From: an uncultured Victivallales bacterium
GTDB lineage: Bacteria > Verrucomicrobiota > Lentisphaeria > Oligosphaerales > JABHEG01
Length of the DNA stretch: 64,000 bases
Direction: 5' to 3'
Assembly (NCBI GenBank): GCA_964607765.1
Contig: CAZSNT010000022.1
Location: 12,189 to 76,188, forward strand
This document shows positions 9,829 through 18,726 of the stretch, one piece after another. The position numbers were made by a program, and so were the translations under genes. How positions within the stretch are numbered: position 1 is the stretch's first letter; the number at the start of each line of letters is the position of its first letter. Under the pieces are notes generated by a model, which was given only the letters and a program-made list of their open reading frames with translations, made no database searches and was not told the DNA's origin.

Positions 9829-11457
9829 CTACTGTCCGTGTTCGAGCCAGCAGACTTCCGAACCCAACATGTCGAAGTGCGCGGCTGCCCAGGGCGCGAA
9901 GTCACCGGCAGACGTGCCGAACATCAGCTTGTCACGCCGCCGCACATCGGCGCTCACATACTGGGCAAACTCACAGGCGGAGAAGAACTGATAGATCCCC
10001 ACACGCCGTGTCGCGCTGTTGAACAGCAGAGGAGCATCCGTGGTGGCGAAGTGGTCCCGACGGTAGTTCAGCGTGTTCAACTGTCCGTAGCGGCCGAGGG
10101 CATCGAGAAGTTCCCCGTCCTGGCCTTGCACTGTGACGCGCCCGGCCGTGGACCTGTAAAGCCTGTCCGCACTGCGCGGCGTGTAGCTGATCTGGGCGCG
10201 ATTCTCCGGGTTGCCCGGCAGCTCGGGATCCGGATTAAAGCGGAACAGGGCGCCATCGCACCAAGGCGCCGTGACGCCGACCAGGTCGTACTGCCCTGTG
10301 TCTGTGAGGCATGCACTGCTTGCCACGGACCGTGCCACACGCCTGAGCAACAGCTTCTGAGACCGGCAGGTCAGGCGGAGCCGGCGCAGGATCCCCTCGA
10401 CGTCTCGGGAGTCCTGAGCGTAGAGCGGCAGCCAGAACGTGGCCGGTTCGGAACGGCGGAAGCTGTGGATGCCAAGTCTGTCGTCGTAGGACGTGTTGTC
10501 CGTGTTCTGCTGACACGCGAACCCGAAGTCGAGCGGCCTGTCGACCGTGGCGATGTGGGTGCCCGGCATCCAAATGCCCTCGCCTGCGATGCGCTTGCGG
10601 AAGAGCCGCGGGTACAGTTCGTAGTAGCGCTGCGCTGCCGCCCGGAATCCCCATTCACGGTCGAACCGGAACAGCCGGAAGGACACCGTCGCCTGCGATG
10701 GGAACTTGCTTGTCGCCGGAGACAGCCCCAAGTCGAAGCAGAGGTAGTACGTGCCCGTCCCTGAATGGTACGCACTGCGCCAGAACCGGGGTTGATCGAG
10801 GGGGTAGCAGAACGCCAGACCGCAATCTTCAGCAAGAAGGGCCGACCAAGGGTAGGGCGTGTGCTTGCCGGTAGCGCCCACGCCGCGGCTTTGGAACGAG
10901 CCCAGCTCGACTGCGCCGTCGGGCGGCCTGGGACTGCTGCGGAGACCGTCGCACCACAGGATATCCCCGCCCTCGACGGGTAGTCCGTAGTAGAGCACAA
11001 CCGCCCGATCTTCACCTGTCAGATCCCGCAACGTCGCCGTGACGTCGATCGCGCCGTCGCCCGGGGTGTAGGTCGCGCTCAACTCAAGTCCCAACTCGGT
11101 GTTGCTGACACGTTGCGTCCAACGCCCGAGTCTGCCTTTGACGAGCCCTCCTTGCAGCGTGGTCAGCTCGGCGCCGCGCGCTAGATCTCGCACGAAGAAC
11201 CCGGATGGTCCGCGTGGCGCAGCGGCTGCCGGCACGCCATCCACGCTGAGCAGATGCCCTCCCGCAGCCATCGACACGGCCAGCCCGTCGGCAGTTGCCA
11301 CCGTGGGCGTGTCGTCGTCCACCGTGACGGCCAGCGGCGCTGTCACGGTCGTGTCCAGACCGTCAAACTCCACAGTCTGGCCCCAGGCAGTCAGCGCCCC
11401 GTACAACGAGAATGTCCCCAAGACCATTGCCACGCGCATGAGCTCTGTCCTCCTCAA
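9829..11457 (-). CDS. Secreted hypothetical protein (possible N-terminal half of a split glycan-active protein)
   Basis: Signal peptide MRVAMVLGTFSLYGALTAWG. A long ORF with no recognisable antisense alternative. No family recognised. Confidence 0.6.
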   Translation of the reverse strand: MRRTELMRVAMVLGTFSLYGALTAWGQTVEFDGLDTTVTAPLAVTVDDDTPTVATADGLAVSMAAGGHLLSVDGVPAAAAPRGPSGFFVRDLARGAELTTLQGGLVKGRLGRWTQRVSNTELGLELSATYTPGDGAIDVTATLRDLTGEDRAVVLYYGLPVEGGDILWCDGLRSSPRPPDGAVELGSFQSRGVGATGKHTPYPWSALLAEDCGLAFCYPLDQPRFWRSAYHSGTGTYYLCFDLGLSPATSKFPSQATVSFRLFRFDREWGFRAAAQRYYELYPRLFRKRIAGEGIWMPGTHIATVDRPLDFGFACQQNTDNTSYDDRLGIHSFRRSEPATFWLPLYAQDSRDVEGILRRLRLTCRSQKLLLRRVARSVASSACLTDTGQYDLVGVTAPWCDGALFRFNPDPELPGNPENRAQISYTPRSADRLYRSTAGRVTVQGQDGELLDALGRYGQLNTLNYRRDHFATTDAPLLFNSATRRVGIYQFFSACEFAQYVSADVRRRDKLMFGTSAGDFAPWAAAHFDMLGSEVCWLEHGQ

Positions 11458-11476
11458 CGTGAATCGGCCACAGCCA

Positions 11477-12184
11477 TTACCCGGCCTCGGTGTCCCCGTC
11501 GGTGTCTTGGCCCCGCTGCCGGTCGTCGGTGATGGCGAGCATGGCGTCGCGCAAAGCGCGGCACGCCGCGTCGCGGTCTCTTCGGAACTCGCCCTCGCTC
11601 AGATTCAGCGGCTCGCCCAGGCGCAGCTCCACCTTGCTGAACGGCTTCGGGATCTGAGTGCGGTCCCAGCTGCGCAGCTCCCAACGCGACGGCGCGTTCA
11701 CTGAGACGGGCACTACAGGGACCCTGCACATCTGGGAGAGCGCTGCCGCACCGGGTTGTACCTCGTACCGCGGCCCGCGCGGCCCGTCCAACGTCAACAC
11801 GGACGAGAATCCCTCGCCCAGACTGCGGCGCAATCCGCGGAGGGCCTCGGCGCCGCGACGACTGGACGAACCCCGCACAACCCGCAACCCGAACTGCCCG
11901 ATGTAGCCCGCAGCGTATTCCCCGTCGCGGGAGGCGCTGACGATCACCGCACACCGTCTGCGGAAAGCTCTGGGAAACGTCCCGGCGCAGAACAGGAAAC
12001 GGTTGTGCCAGAGCGCCAGCACGACGGGCCACGGCTCGCGCGTGTCGATCAGCCCATTCTCGTCCACCACCCGGATCCGATACGTCCAGATAAAGACTCG
12101 GCTGACCGTCGCGAACAGCCAGGCGAGTGAACGCGGCAAGTGCCGCTTGTTCTTGAACGTGAAGATGCGTTTGGACTTGCTCAT
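11477..12184 (-). CDS. DUF374 / lysophospholipid acyltransferase (LPLAT) superfamily protein
   Basis: ALWHNRF...SASRDGE...LDGPRGP pattern typical of DUF374. The start is taken at MSKSKRIF (12184). Confidence 0.8.
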   Translation of the reverse strand: MSKSKRIFTFKNKRHLPRSLAWLFATVSRVFIWTYRIRVVDENGLIDTREPWPVVLALWHNRFLFCAGTFPRAFRRRCAVIVSASRDGEYAAGYIGQFGLRVVRGSSSRRGAEALRGLRRSLGEGFSSVLTLDGPRGPRYEVQPGAAALSQMCRVPVVPVSVNAPSRWELRSWDRTQIPKPFSKVELRLGEPLNLSEGEFRRDRDAACRALRDAMLAITDDRQRGQDTDGDTEAG

Positions 12185-12361
12185 GTCAGGCGTTACCATA
12201 GCCGCCCAAACGCTTTGCGTCCCTGCACGGCCGTGCCGTTGTATTGTCACACGTGCTGTCTATGTTAGTGTCGACAGCTGGTTGGGGCGCGTCCCTCAGC
12301 GAGAGGCACTCACGTGCTGCACTGTTGGTCATCGGTCAGCGAGCAAGGAACCACACGACCC

Positions 12362-14314
12362 ATGGAACGTACTTTCGAAGTTTTCGTGCCCGGCCGGGTC
12401 TGCCTTTTCGGCGAGCATTCGGACTGGGCCGGCGCCTGCCGGCGTTTCAATTCACACATCCTGCCGGGCCAGGTCATCATTTCCGGAACGAATCAAGGCC
12501 TGTTCGCCCGGGTCAAAGCCCACCCCGACTCCTTCGTGGTCCGCTCCACGCTGCCTGACGGAAGTGCCGCGGAACCGTTCCAGATGCCCATGGATCGCGA
12601 GGCGCTCCAGGCGGAAGCCGAGAAGGGCGGGTTCTACAGCTACGCGGCAGGCGTGGCCCACTACATGATGACCTTCTACCAACTGCGCGGGATCGAGATC
12701 GACAACTACCGCACCACGCTGCCTGTCAGGAAGGGGCTGAGCTCGTCTGCGGCGCTGTGTGTGCTGGTCGCCCGTGCGTTTAATAAGGTCTACGATCTGA
12801 AGCTGACGACCCGGGCCGAGATGGAGGCCGCATACCAGGGCGAAATCCTGACACCGTCGCGCTGCGGGCGCATGGACCAGGGCTGCGCCTATGGCCAGGT
12901 CCCCGTTCTCATGACGTTCAATGGCGACATGCTGCGGACCAGGCGCCTGAGCGTGGGCGGCGCGCTGACGCTGCTCATCGGCGACCTGAAAGGGGCAAAG
13001 GACACGATCAGGATCCTGTCCGATCTGAACCGTGCCTACCCCTTCGCCGACGATCCGGTGAGCCGCAGCGTGCACGAATACCTCGGGCCCATCAATACGG
13101 ATGTCGTCAGCCGTGCCAGGGCCGCTTTGGAGGCGGGCGATGCGGAGACATTGGGCGCGTTGATGACAGAAGCGCAGCGCCAGTTCGACGGGCATCTCAT
13201 GCCCGCCTGTCCCACAGAGCTGACCGCGCCCAAACTGCACGCCGTGCTTGACGACGCGCAGGTCAAGCGCCTGACCCACGGGGGCAAAGGCGTGGGGTCG
13301 CAAGGGGACGGGTGTGTGCAGTTTGTGGCCAAAGGGCCTGACCAGAGAGAGGAGCTTCGCGCGTACCTGGAACAGACCTACGGTATGGAGTGTTTCGATC
13401 TCGATCTGGCCCCGCCGCAGACGGTGCGCAAGGCCGTCATTCCGGCTGCCGGCTTCGGCACGCGCATGTTCCCTGCGAGCAAGGCAGTCAAAAAGGAGCT
13501 GTTCCCCGTCATCACACCTGACGGTACTATCAAGCCGATCATTCTGGCGATCGTCGAGGAAGCGGTCGATGCCGGCATCGACGAGGTCGCGATTGTTGTG
13601 CGCGCGGGCGACGAGACCTTCTTTGACGACTTCTTCAACCGGCCGCCGCCGCCCGAACTCTACAACAAACTCCCCGAGCAGGCCAAGCGCATGTGCGCCA
13701 GACTGCATGAGTTGGGCGAGAAGCTGACCTTCATTCCGCAACAGACCCAGGAAGGTTTCGGTCATGCCGTGTTCTGCGCCCGGGAATGGGTGGGCAACGA
13801 GCCCTTCCTGCTCATGCTCGGCGACCACATCTACGTGTCCACCACGGACGCGCCCTGCGCGCGACAGTTGATCGCCGCATTCGAAGCGAACGGCAGGAGG
13901 AGCGTTCTGGGCGTGTATGAAGCGACCGCAGAGGAGGTCTCCCACTACGGCACCATGGCCGGGAAGTGGGTGGACGACGCGCAGCGCGTGCTCGAGATCG
14001 CCGAGCTGGCCGAGAAACCGACAGTTGACTATGCCCGGCACAATCTGGTCACTGCAGGGCTGCCTGCCGACCATTTCCTCTGCATCTACGGGCAGTACGT
14101 GTTGACTCCCGCCATTTTTGATGTGCTCAGTCGCGAGATTGAGGGCGACCAGCGTCAGGCCGGCGAGTTCCAGCTGACGACCGCCCTCGAGCAACTCCGG
14201 CAGGAACAGGGGATGCTGGGGTATCGCGTGGCCGGCGAGCACTACGACACCGGCCTGCCCGAGAGCTACCTGCACAGCCTTACGTCAGTGTTCGCGGGGG
14301 GCGCCCCCTCATGA
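12362..14314 (+). CDS. Bifunctional GHMP sugar kinase (GalK-like) / UTP-sugar-1-phosphate uridylyltransferase (GalU-like) fusion
   Basis: N-terminal half: PGRVCLFGEHSDWAG and GLSSSAALCV GHMP motifs. C-terminal half: KAVIPAAGFGTRMFPASKAVKKELFPV and GFGHAV GalU-like motifs. ATG at 12362. Confidence 0.82.
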   Translation: MERTFEVFVPGRVCLFGEHSDWAGACRRFNSHILPGQVIISGTNQGLFARVKAHPDSFVVRSTLPDGSAAEPFQMPMDREALQAEAEKGGFYSYAAGVAHYMMTFYQLRGIEIDNYRTTLPVRKGLSSSAALCVLVARAFNKVYDLKLTTRAEMEAAYQGEILTPSRCGRMDQGCAYGQVPVLMTFNGDMLRTRRLSVGGALTLLIGDLKGAKDTIRILSDLNRAYPFADDPVSRSVHEYLGPINTDVVSRARAALEAGDAETLGALMTEAQRQFDGHLMPACPTELTAPKLHAVLDDAQVKRLTHGGKGVGSQGDGCVQFVAKGPDQREELRAYLEQTYGMECFDLDLAPPQTVRKAVIPAAGFGTRMFPASKAVKKELFPVITPDGTIKPIILAIVEEAVDAGIDEVAIVVRAGDETFFDDFFNRPPPPELYNKLPEQAKRMCARLHELGEKLTFIPQQTQEGFGHAVFCAREWVGNEPFLLMLGDHIYVSTTDAPCARQLIAAFEANGRRSVLGVYEATAEEVSHYGTMAGKWVDDAQRVLEIAELAEKPTVDYARHNLVTAGLPADHFLCIYGQYVLTPAIFDVLSREIEGDQRQAGEFQLTTALEQLRQEQGMLGYRVAGEHYDTGLPESYLHSLTSVFAGGAPS

Positions 14315-15396
14315 ACGTGCTGGTCACGGGCGGGGGCGGGTTCCTGGGGCGCCGCGTCGCTGAAATGCTGCTGCAGCGCGGCGACCAGGTCCGTGTTCTC
14401 GGCCGTCATCGATACGAGAATATGGTCGCGCTCGGTGCCGACTCCATTGTGGGCGATGTCCGCAACCCCGAAGCTGCGACCGAAGCCGCCCGCGGCGCGG
14501 ACGCGGTCGTGCACTGCGCCGCACTGGCTGGCGTGTGGGGGGCGCGCCGCGACTTCTTCGAGATCAATGTCAAGGGCACCGCGAACGTCATTCACGCCTG
14601 CCTGGAGAACAAGATCACGGCGTTGGTCCACACCAGCTCGCCGAGTGTGGCCATCGGCGAGGAAGACATCGAGGGTGGGGACGAGACGCTCGCTTACCCG
14701 AAACGCTACTTGGCTCACTACCCGGCCTCGAAGGCGGAGGCCGAGAAGATGGTGCTGGATGCGGACGGCTGGGAGATGGTCGTAGAGCCGGAACCCGCCC
14801 CGGGCGCTCCCGGCAGCACTGCCGATTCAGTGATCCACAGACTGCGGACCTGTGCGCTCCGACCGCACCTGATCTGGGGGCCTCGGGACACCCATCTCAT
14901 TCCGCGGGTTGTGGACGCGGCGCGGGCCGGCACGCTGCGGCGCGTCGGGGACGGATCCAACAAGGTCGACGTGACCTACATCGATAATGCGGCGCACGCC
15001 CACGTTCTGGCGCTTGACGACCTGCGTGGGGAAGGGCGCGCGGCGGGTCGCGCCTATTTCATCGGCGACGCCGAACCCGTCGTGCTGTGGCAGTGGCTGA
15101 ACGAGTTGCTGGCACGCGTCGGGATTGCGCCGATCCGGCGCGGCGTTTCCTACCGCGCAGGCCGCTGCGTTGGCGCTGTTCTCGAACTGATTCACACACT
15201 GTTCCCCGCTTTGGGTGAGCCGCGCATGACGCGATTCGTGGCCACGCAGCTTGCCAAGTCCCACTATTTCAGCCATGCTCGGGCGGAGCACGACTTCGGC
15301 TACAACCCCATCGTGGGCAACGCGGAAGGCCTGGATCGTTTGACCGCCTGGCTGCAGAACGAGTACCTGGCCGACGAGAAACAGGCGACACAGTGA
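14311..15396 (+). CDS. 3-beta-hydroxysteroid dehydrogenase/isomerase-family NAD-dependent epimerase/dehydratase
   Basis: VTGGGGFLG Rossmann motif and YPASK (Y-x3-K). The start overlaps the upstream stop (ATGA). Confidence 0.85.
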   Translation: MNVLVTGGGGFLGRRVAEMLLQRGDQVRVLGRHRYENMVALGADSIVGDVRNPEAATEAARGADAVVHCAALAGVWGARRDFFEINVKGTANVIHACLENKITALVHTSSPSVAIGEEDIEGGDETLAYPKRYLAHYPASKAEAEKMVLDADGWEMVVEPEPAPGAPGSTADSVIHRLRTCALRPHLIWGPRDTHLIPRVVDAARAGTLRRVGDGSNKVDVTYIDNAAHAHVLALDDLRGEGRAAGRAYFIGDAEPVVLWQWLNELLARVGIAPIRRGVSYRAGRCVGAVLELIHTLFPALGEPRMTRFVATQLAKSHYFSHARAEHDFGYNPIVGNAEGLDRLTAWLQNEYLADEKQATQ

Positions 15397-15476
15397 AACG
15401 GTGTGCGTCCGCTCGTGTCGAAACAGAGAGAGGAGGGCTGAGCTCTCCCCCATGAGGAGCACTTGAGACGATCGAT

Positions 15477-17333
15477 ATGTGGCAGCAGTTGGTGACATCC
15501 TTCGCGGCGGGTCTGTCCGTTGGTCCGGTTTGCGTTCTGCACTGCGGCGTGTTCCACCTCGCGTTCCTGGCGCGCCACAGCCAGGCGGAGCGCGGGCGTA
15601 CCGCTCTGCTCGGCGCCGCGCTGCTTACAGGGCGCTTGGCCGCGTACCTGCTGTTCGGGCTGCTGCTGGGGCTGGTCGCTGCCGGCGGGCTGGTCGTTGT
15701 GCAACCGTGGGTGCTGACGCTGGCTCTGGGCCTGGTGATGGTCGCCTACGCCGTGCTGCCGCGGCGACGGCAGCATCGGTGCGGCTGCAACACACGCGGC
15801 TTCGGCGTGGTTACGGGCGGTCTCCTGCTTGGGTTTCTGACCGGGCTCAGCCCGTGTCCGCCGTTCCTGGCCTCAGGGCTGATTGCACTCCGCAGCCATG
15901 GCGTGGCCGCGGCCATGCTGACGTTGTTCGCGTTTTTCCTCGGTTCGTCGCTGCTGCTGCTGCCCCTGTGGTTTGCGCCGGCCGCACTCACGCCGCGGGT
16001 GCGGGAGCGCCTGCGCGTGGCCAGCCGTGTGATTGCCGGTGTGGTGGCGCTGTATGCGTTCACCTCGGTGGCCCGTGCCGTGCGGCATCAGCCGGCGCAC
16101 GAGCCAAGTTACCAAGGCGCTGGCGCCGCGCCTGTTCTGAAAGCGGCGGGGCAGGGCACCGAATCGGCTCCCCGGCCCGCCAAGACCAAGGCCCGGGCCT
16201 ACGTGCCGCCGCCCGCACCCGCGGACGTCAAGCCGCTGTTTCCGAAAGAGCCGCTTACGCGCCGCTTCACGGCGAGCATTTTGAAACGCCTGAAGCTCTC
16301 GCTCAAGGAAGCGATGTACTACACACCCCTGGAGGACGGCAGGATCCAGTGCGACCTGTGCCCGAGCCGCTGCGAGCTGGAGGAGGGCGAGCGTGGAATG
16401 TGTCGGGTCCGCGTCAACGTTGACGGCAAAATGCGCAGCATCGTCTATGCGCGACCCGTGGCTCTGCACAACGACCCCATCGAGAAGAAGCCGCTGTTTC
16501 ACGTGCTGCCCGGCTCGCGAGCGCTTTCGCTCGCCACGGTGGGCTGTAACCTGGGATGTGTCTTCTGCCAGAATTTCGAGATTTCTCAAGCATCCCCGGA
16601 GGACGTGCGGCACGCCGTCTGGAGCCCTGAGAAGCTCGTCGAAGTGTGCCTGGAACGGGATTGGGAAGGGCTCGCGTACACTTACACCGAGCCAACCGTG
16701 TTCTTCGAATACATGCTGGACACCGCGACCCTGGCACGGCAGAAAGGGCTGAAAAACTACTGGATTACCTGCGGCCAGATCGAGGAAGATCCATTGCTGG
16801 ATCTGTGCGAAGTGCTGGACGCGGCAAACGTCGATCTGAAGGGGTTTAGTGATGAGTTCTACGTCCGCTACTGCAATGCGCACCTCTATCCGGTACTCCG
16901 CACCCTCAAAATCCTGCGCAAAGAGGGGGTCTTCTTCGAAGTCACCAATTTGCTCATCCCGGAAGCGAACGACAGTCCGGCGATGATCCGTGACATGTGT
17001 CGCTGGATAGTGACCGAGCTGGGCCCCGATGTCCCAATCCACTTCTCCCGGTTCCATCCTGCCTACAAGCTCACCCGGCGCCCGGCCACGCCTATGGCAA
17101 CGCTGCTGCTGGCGGGCAAGATCGCGCGCGAGGAAGGGCTGCAATACGTTTACCTGGGCAATGTCCGCGGCTCAGGCCATGCCGACACCAAGTGCCCGGG
17201 GTGCGGCACCGCGGTGGTCAGGCGCAGCGGCTACCTAGTCACTGCCAATCAGCTGAAGGACGGACGCTGCAAGAGCTGCGGCGCGTCCGTTTCGGGGATC
17301 TGGGGGGCGGCTGAAACGCCCTCGAAACCGTGA
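15477..17333 (+). CDS. Fusion protein: N-terminal ~6-TM Cys-motif membrane domain (DsbD_2/TauE-like) + C-terminal AmmeMemoRadiSam-type radical SAM enzyme
   Basis: The C-terminal half has IQCDLCPSRCELEEGERGMCRVR and the CNLGCVFCQN (CxxxCxxC) cluster typical of AmrS/PflA-like activases. The N-terminal 250 aa is hydrophobic with VCVLHCG and GLSPCPPF motifs. Confidence 0.8.
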   Translation: MWQQLVTSFAAGLSVGPVCVLHCGVFHLAFLARHSQAERGRTALLGAALLTGRLAAYLLFGLLLGLVAAGGLVVVQPWVLTLALGLVMVAYAVLPRRRQHRCGCNTRGFGVVTGGLLLGFLTGLSPCPPFLASGLIALRSHGVAAAMLTLFAFFLGSSLLLLPLWFAPAALTPRVRERLRVASRVIAGVVALYAFTSVARAVRHQPAHEPSYQGAGAAPVLKAAGQGTESAPRPAKTKARAYVPPPAPADVKPLFPKEPLTRRFTASILKRLKLSLKEAMYYTPLEDGRIQCDLCPSRCELEEGERGMCRVRVNVDGKMRSIVYARPVALHNDPIEKKPLFHVLPGSRALSLATVGCNLGCVFCQNFEISQASPEDVRHAVWSPEKLVEVCLERDWEGLAYTYTEPTVFFEYMLDTATLARQKGLKNYWITCGQIEEDPLLDLCEVLDAANVDLKGFSDEFYVRYCNAHLYPVLRTLKILRKEGVFFEVTNLLIPEANDSPAMIRDMCRWIVTELGPDVPIHFSRFHPAYKLTRRPATPMATLLLAGKIAREEGLQYVYLGNVRGSGHADTKCPGCGTAVVRRSGYLVTANQLKDGRCKSCGASVSGIWGAAETPSKP

Positions 17334-17359
17334 CGGTCGGGGGGGGGCGTCCCGTTCAC

Positions 17360-18598
17360 ATGAATGTTTACGCCGTGATCATCCTGGGGGCTTTGCTTGC
17401 CGAGTATGTCCTCGGTGGTGTGGCTGCGGCCCTGAATGTGCGTGCGGCTGCGTTGAGCGTTCCGGACGAGTTCGCCGGCGTCTTCAGCCCGGAGCGCTAC
17501 CGGCAGTCCCAGCAGTACCTGAGAGCGAACACACGCGTGGGCCTGGCAACGGCCACTGCCAATCTCATACTCATCGTTGTGTTCTGGTTCAGTGGCGGGT
17601 TCGAGGTGCTCGACCAGCTGCTGCGCGGCTGGGTTGCCGGGCCCGTCCTCCGCGGCGTGTTGTTCATCGGCATTCTGGGCATCGGGCATGCCTTGCTGCT
17701 GTTGCCGTTCTCAGCCTATGACACGTTTGTCGTCGAGCGCAGGTTCGGATTCAACCGTACCACGGTCGGTACATTCCTGCTGGACAGGGCGAAGGTGCTT
17801 GCCTTGGCGATCGGGCTGGGCGGTGCACTCCTGGCCGCCATCCTGTTCTTCTTCGAGGCGGCCGGCCCCTGCGCCTGGCTCTATTGCTGGGGCGTGAGCG
17901 TCGCCTTCCTGCTGGTGGTCCAGTTTGTAGCCCCGATCTGGATCATGCCCCTGTTCAACCGCTTCAGCCCGCTGGAGGACGGCGAACTGCGGCAGACCAT
18001 CACCGCCTATGCCGCACGCATGTCCTTCCCCGTCCGCTCGCTGTGGGTGATCGACGGCTCTCGACGTTCGACCCACAGCAATGCGTTCATTGCGGGGTTC
18101 GGCCGTAACAAACGCGTCGGGCTGTTCGACACGCTCGTGGCAGAGCACCCGGCGCGGGAACTGCTCGCCGTTGTGGCACACGAGGTGGGGCACTGGCGTC
18201 GAGGTCACGTCATCAAGGCGACCGTTCTGGAGATCATCCACACCGGCGTTGTGTTTTTCCTGTTGTCGCTGTTCCTCAGCAGCGAAGGGCTGTTCGCGGC
18301 GTTCGGCGTGACACACCTGTCGGTTTACGCGGGGCTGGTGTTCTTCAGTATGCTCTACGCGCCGGTCGAGATGCTGCTGGGGCCCGGCCTGAAGCTGCTC
18401 TCTCGTCGACACGAATTCCAGGCCGACCGCTTCGCCGCGGAGACCACGGGGGATGCCGACGCGATGATCTGTGCCCTCAAAAAGCTCGCAGCCCACAACC
18501 TGAGCAACCTGACGCCTCACCCCCTTACCGTGGTCCTCCAATACTCCCATCCGCCCGTGCTGCAGCGGCTCAGAGCATTGCGGCGCGGCGGCGCGTGA
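17360..18598 (+). CDS. M48 family (Ste24-like) zinc metalloprotease, polytopic membrane protein
   Basis: HEVGHWRRGH (HExxH) motif, multiple TM segments and Ste24-like length. ATG at 17360. Confidence 0.85.
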   Translation: MNVYAVIILGALLAEYVLGGVAAALNVRAAALSVPDEFAGVFSPERYRQSQQYLRANTRVGLATATANLILIVVFWFSGGFEVLDQLLRGWVAGPVLRGVLFIGILGIGHALLLLPFSAYDTFVVERRFGFNRTTVGTFLLDRAKVLALAIGLGGALLAAILFFFEAAGPCAWLYCWGVSVAFLLVVQFVAPIWIMPLFNRFSPLEDGELRQTITAYAARMSFPVRSLWVIDGSRRSTHSNAFIAGFGRNKRVGLFDTLVAEHPARELLAVVAHEVGHWRRGHVIKATVLEIIHTGVVFFLLSLFLSSEGLFAAFGVTHLSVYAGLVFFSMLYAPVEMLLGPGLKLLSRRHEFQADRFAAETTGDADAMICALKKLAAHNLSNLTPHPLTVVLQYSHPPVLQRLRALRRGGA

Positions 18599-18627
18599 GC
18601 CGGACGCGGCCGAGCCCCAAATGCAGA

Positions 18628-18653
18628 GCAGCGTGCCCTTTCGGGCACGCTGC
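18628..18653. terminator. Perfect 11-bp stem hairpin between convergent genes (bidirectional terminator candidate)
   Basis: gcagcgtgccc-tttc-gggcacgctgc read directly. No flanking U-run. Confidence 0.55.
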
Positions 18654-18726
18654 CTGAGAAAGTGAGAATCGAGTTCAGATCAGGGCGGTCAGCATCCCGT
18701 GCAGGGCTGCTCCGGCCCGAGCTGCA

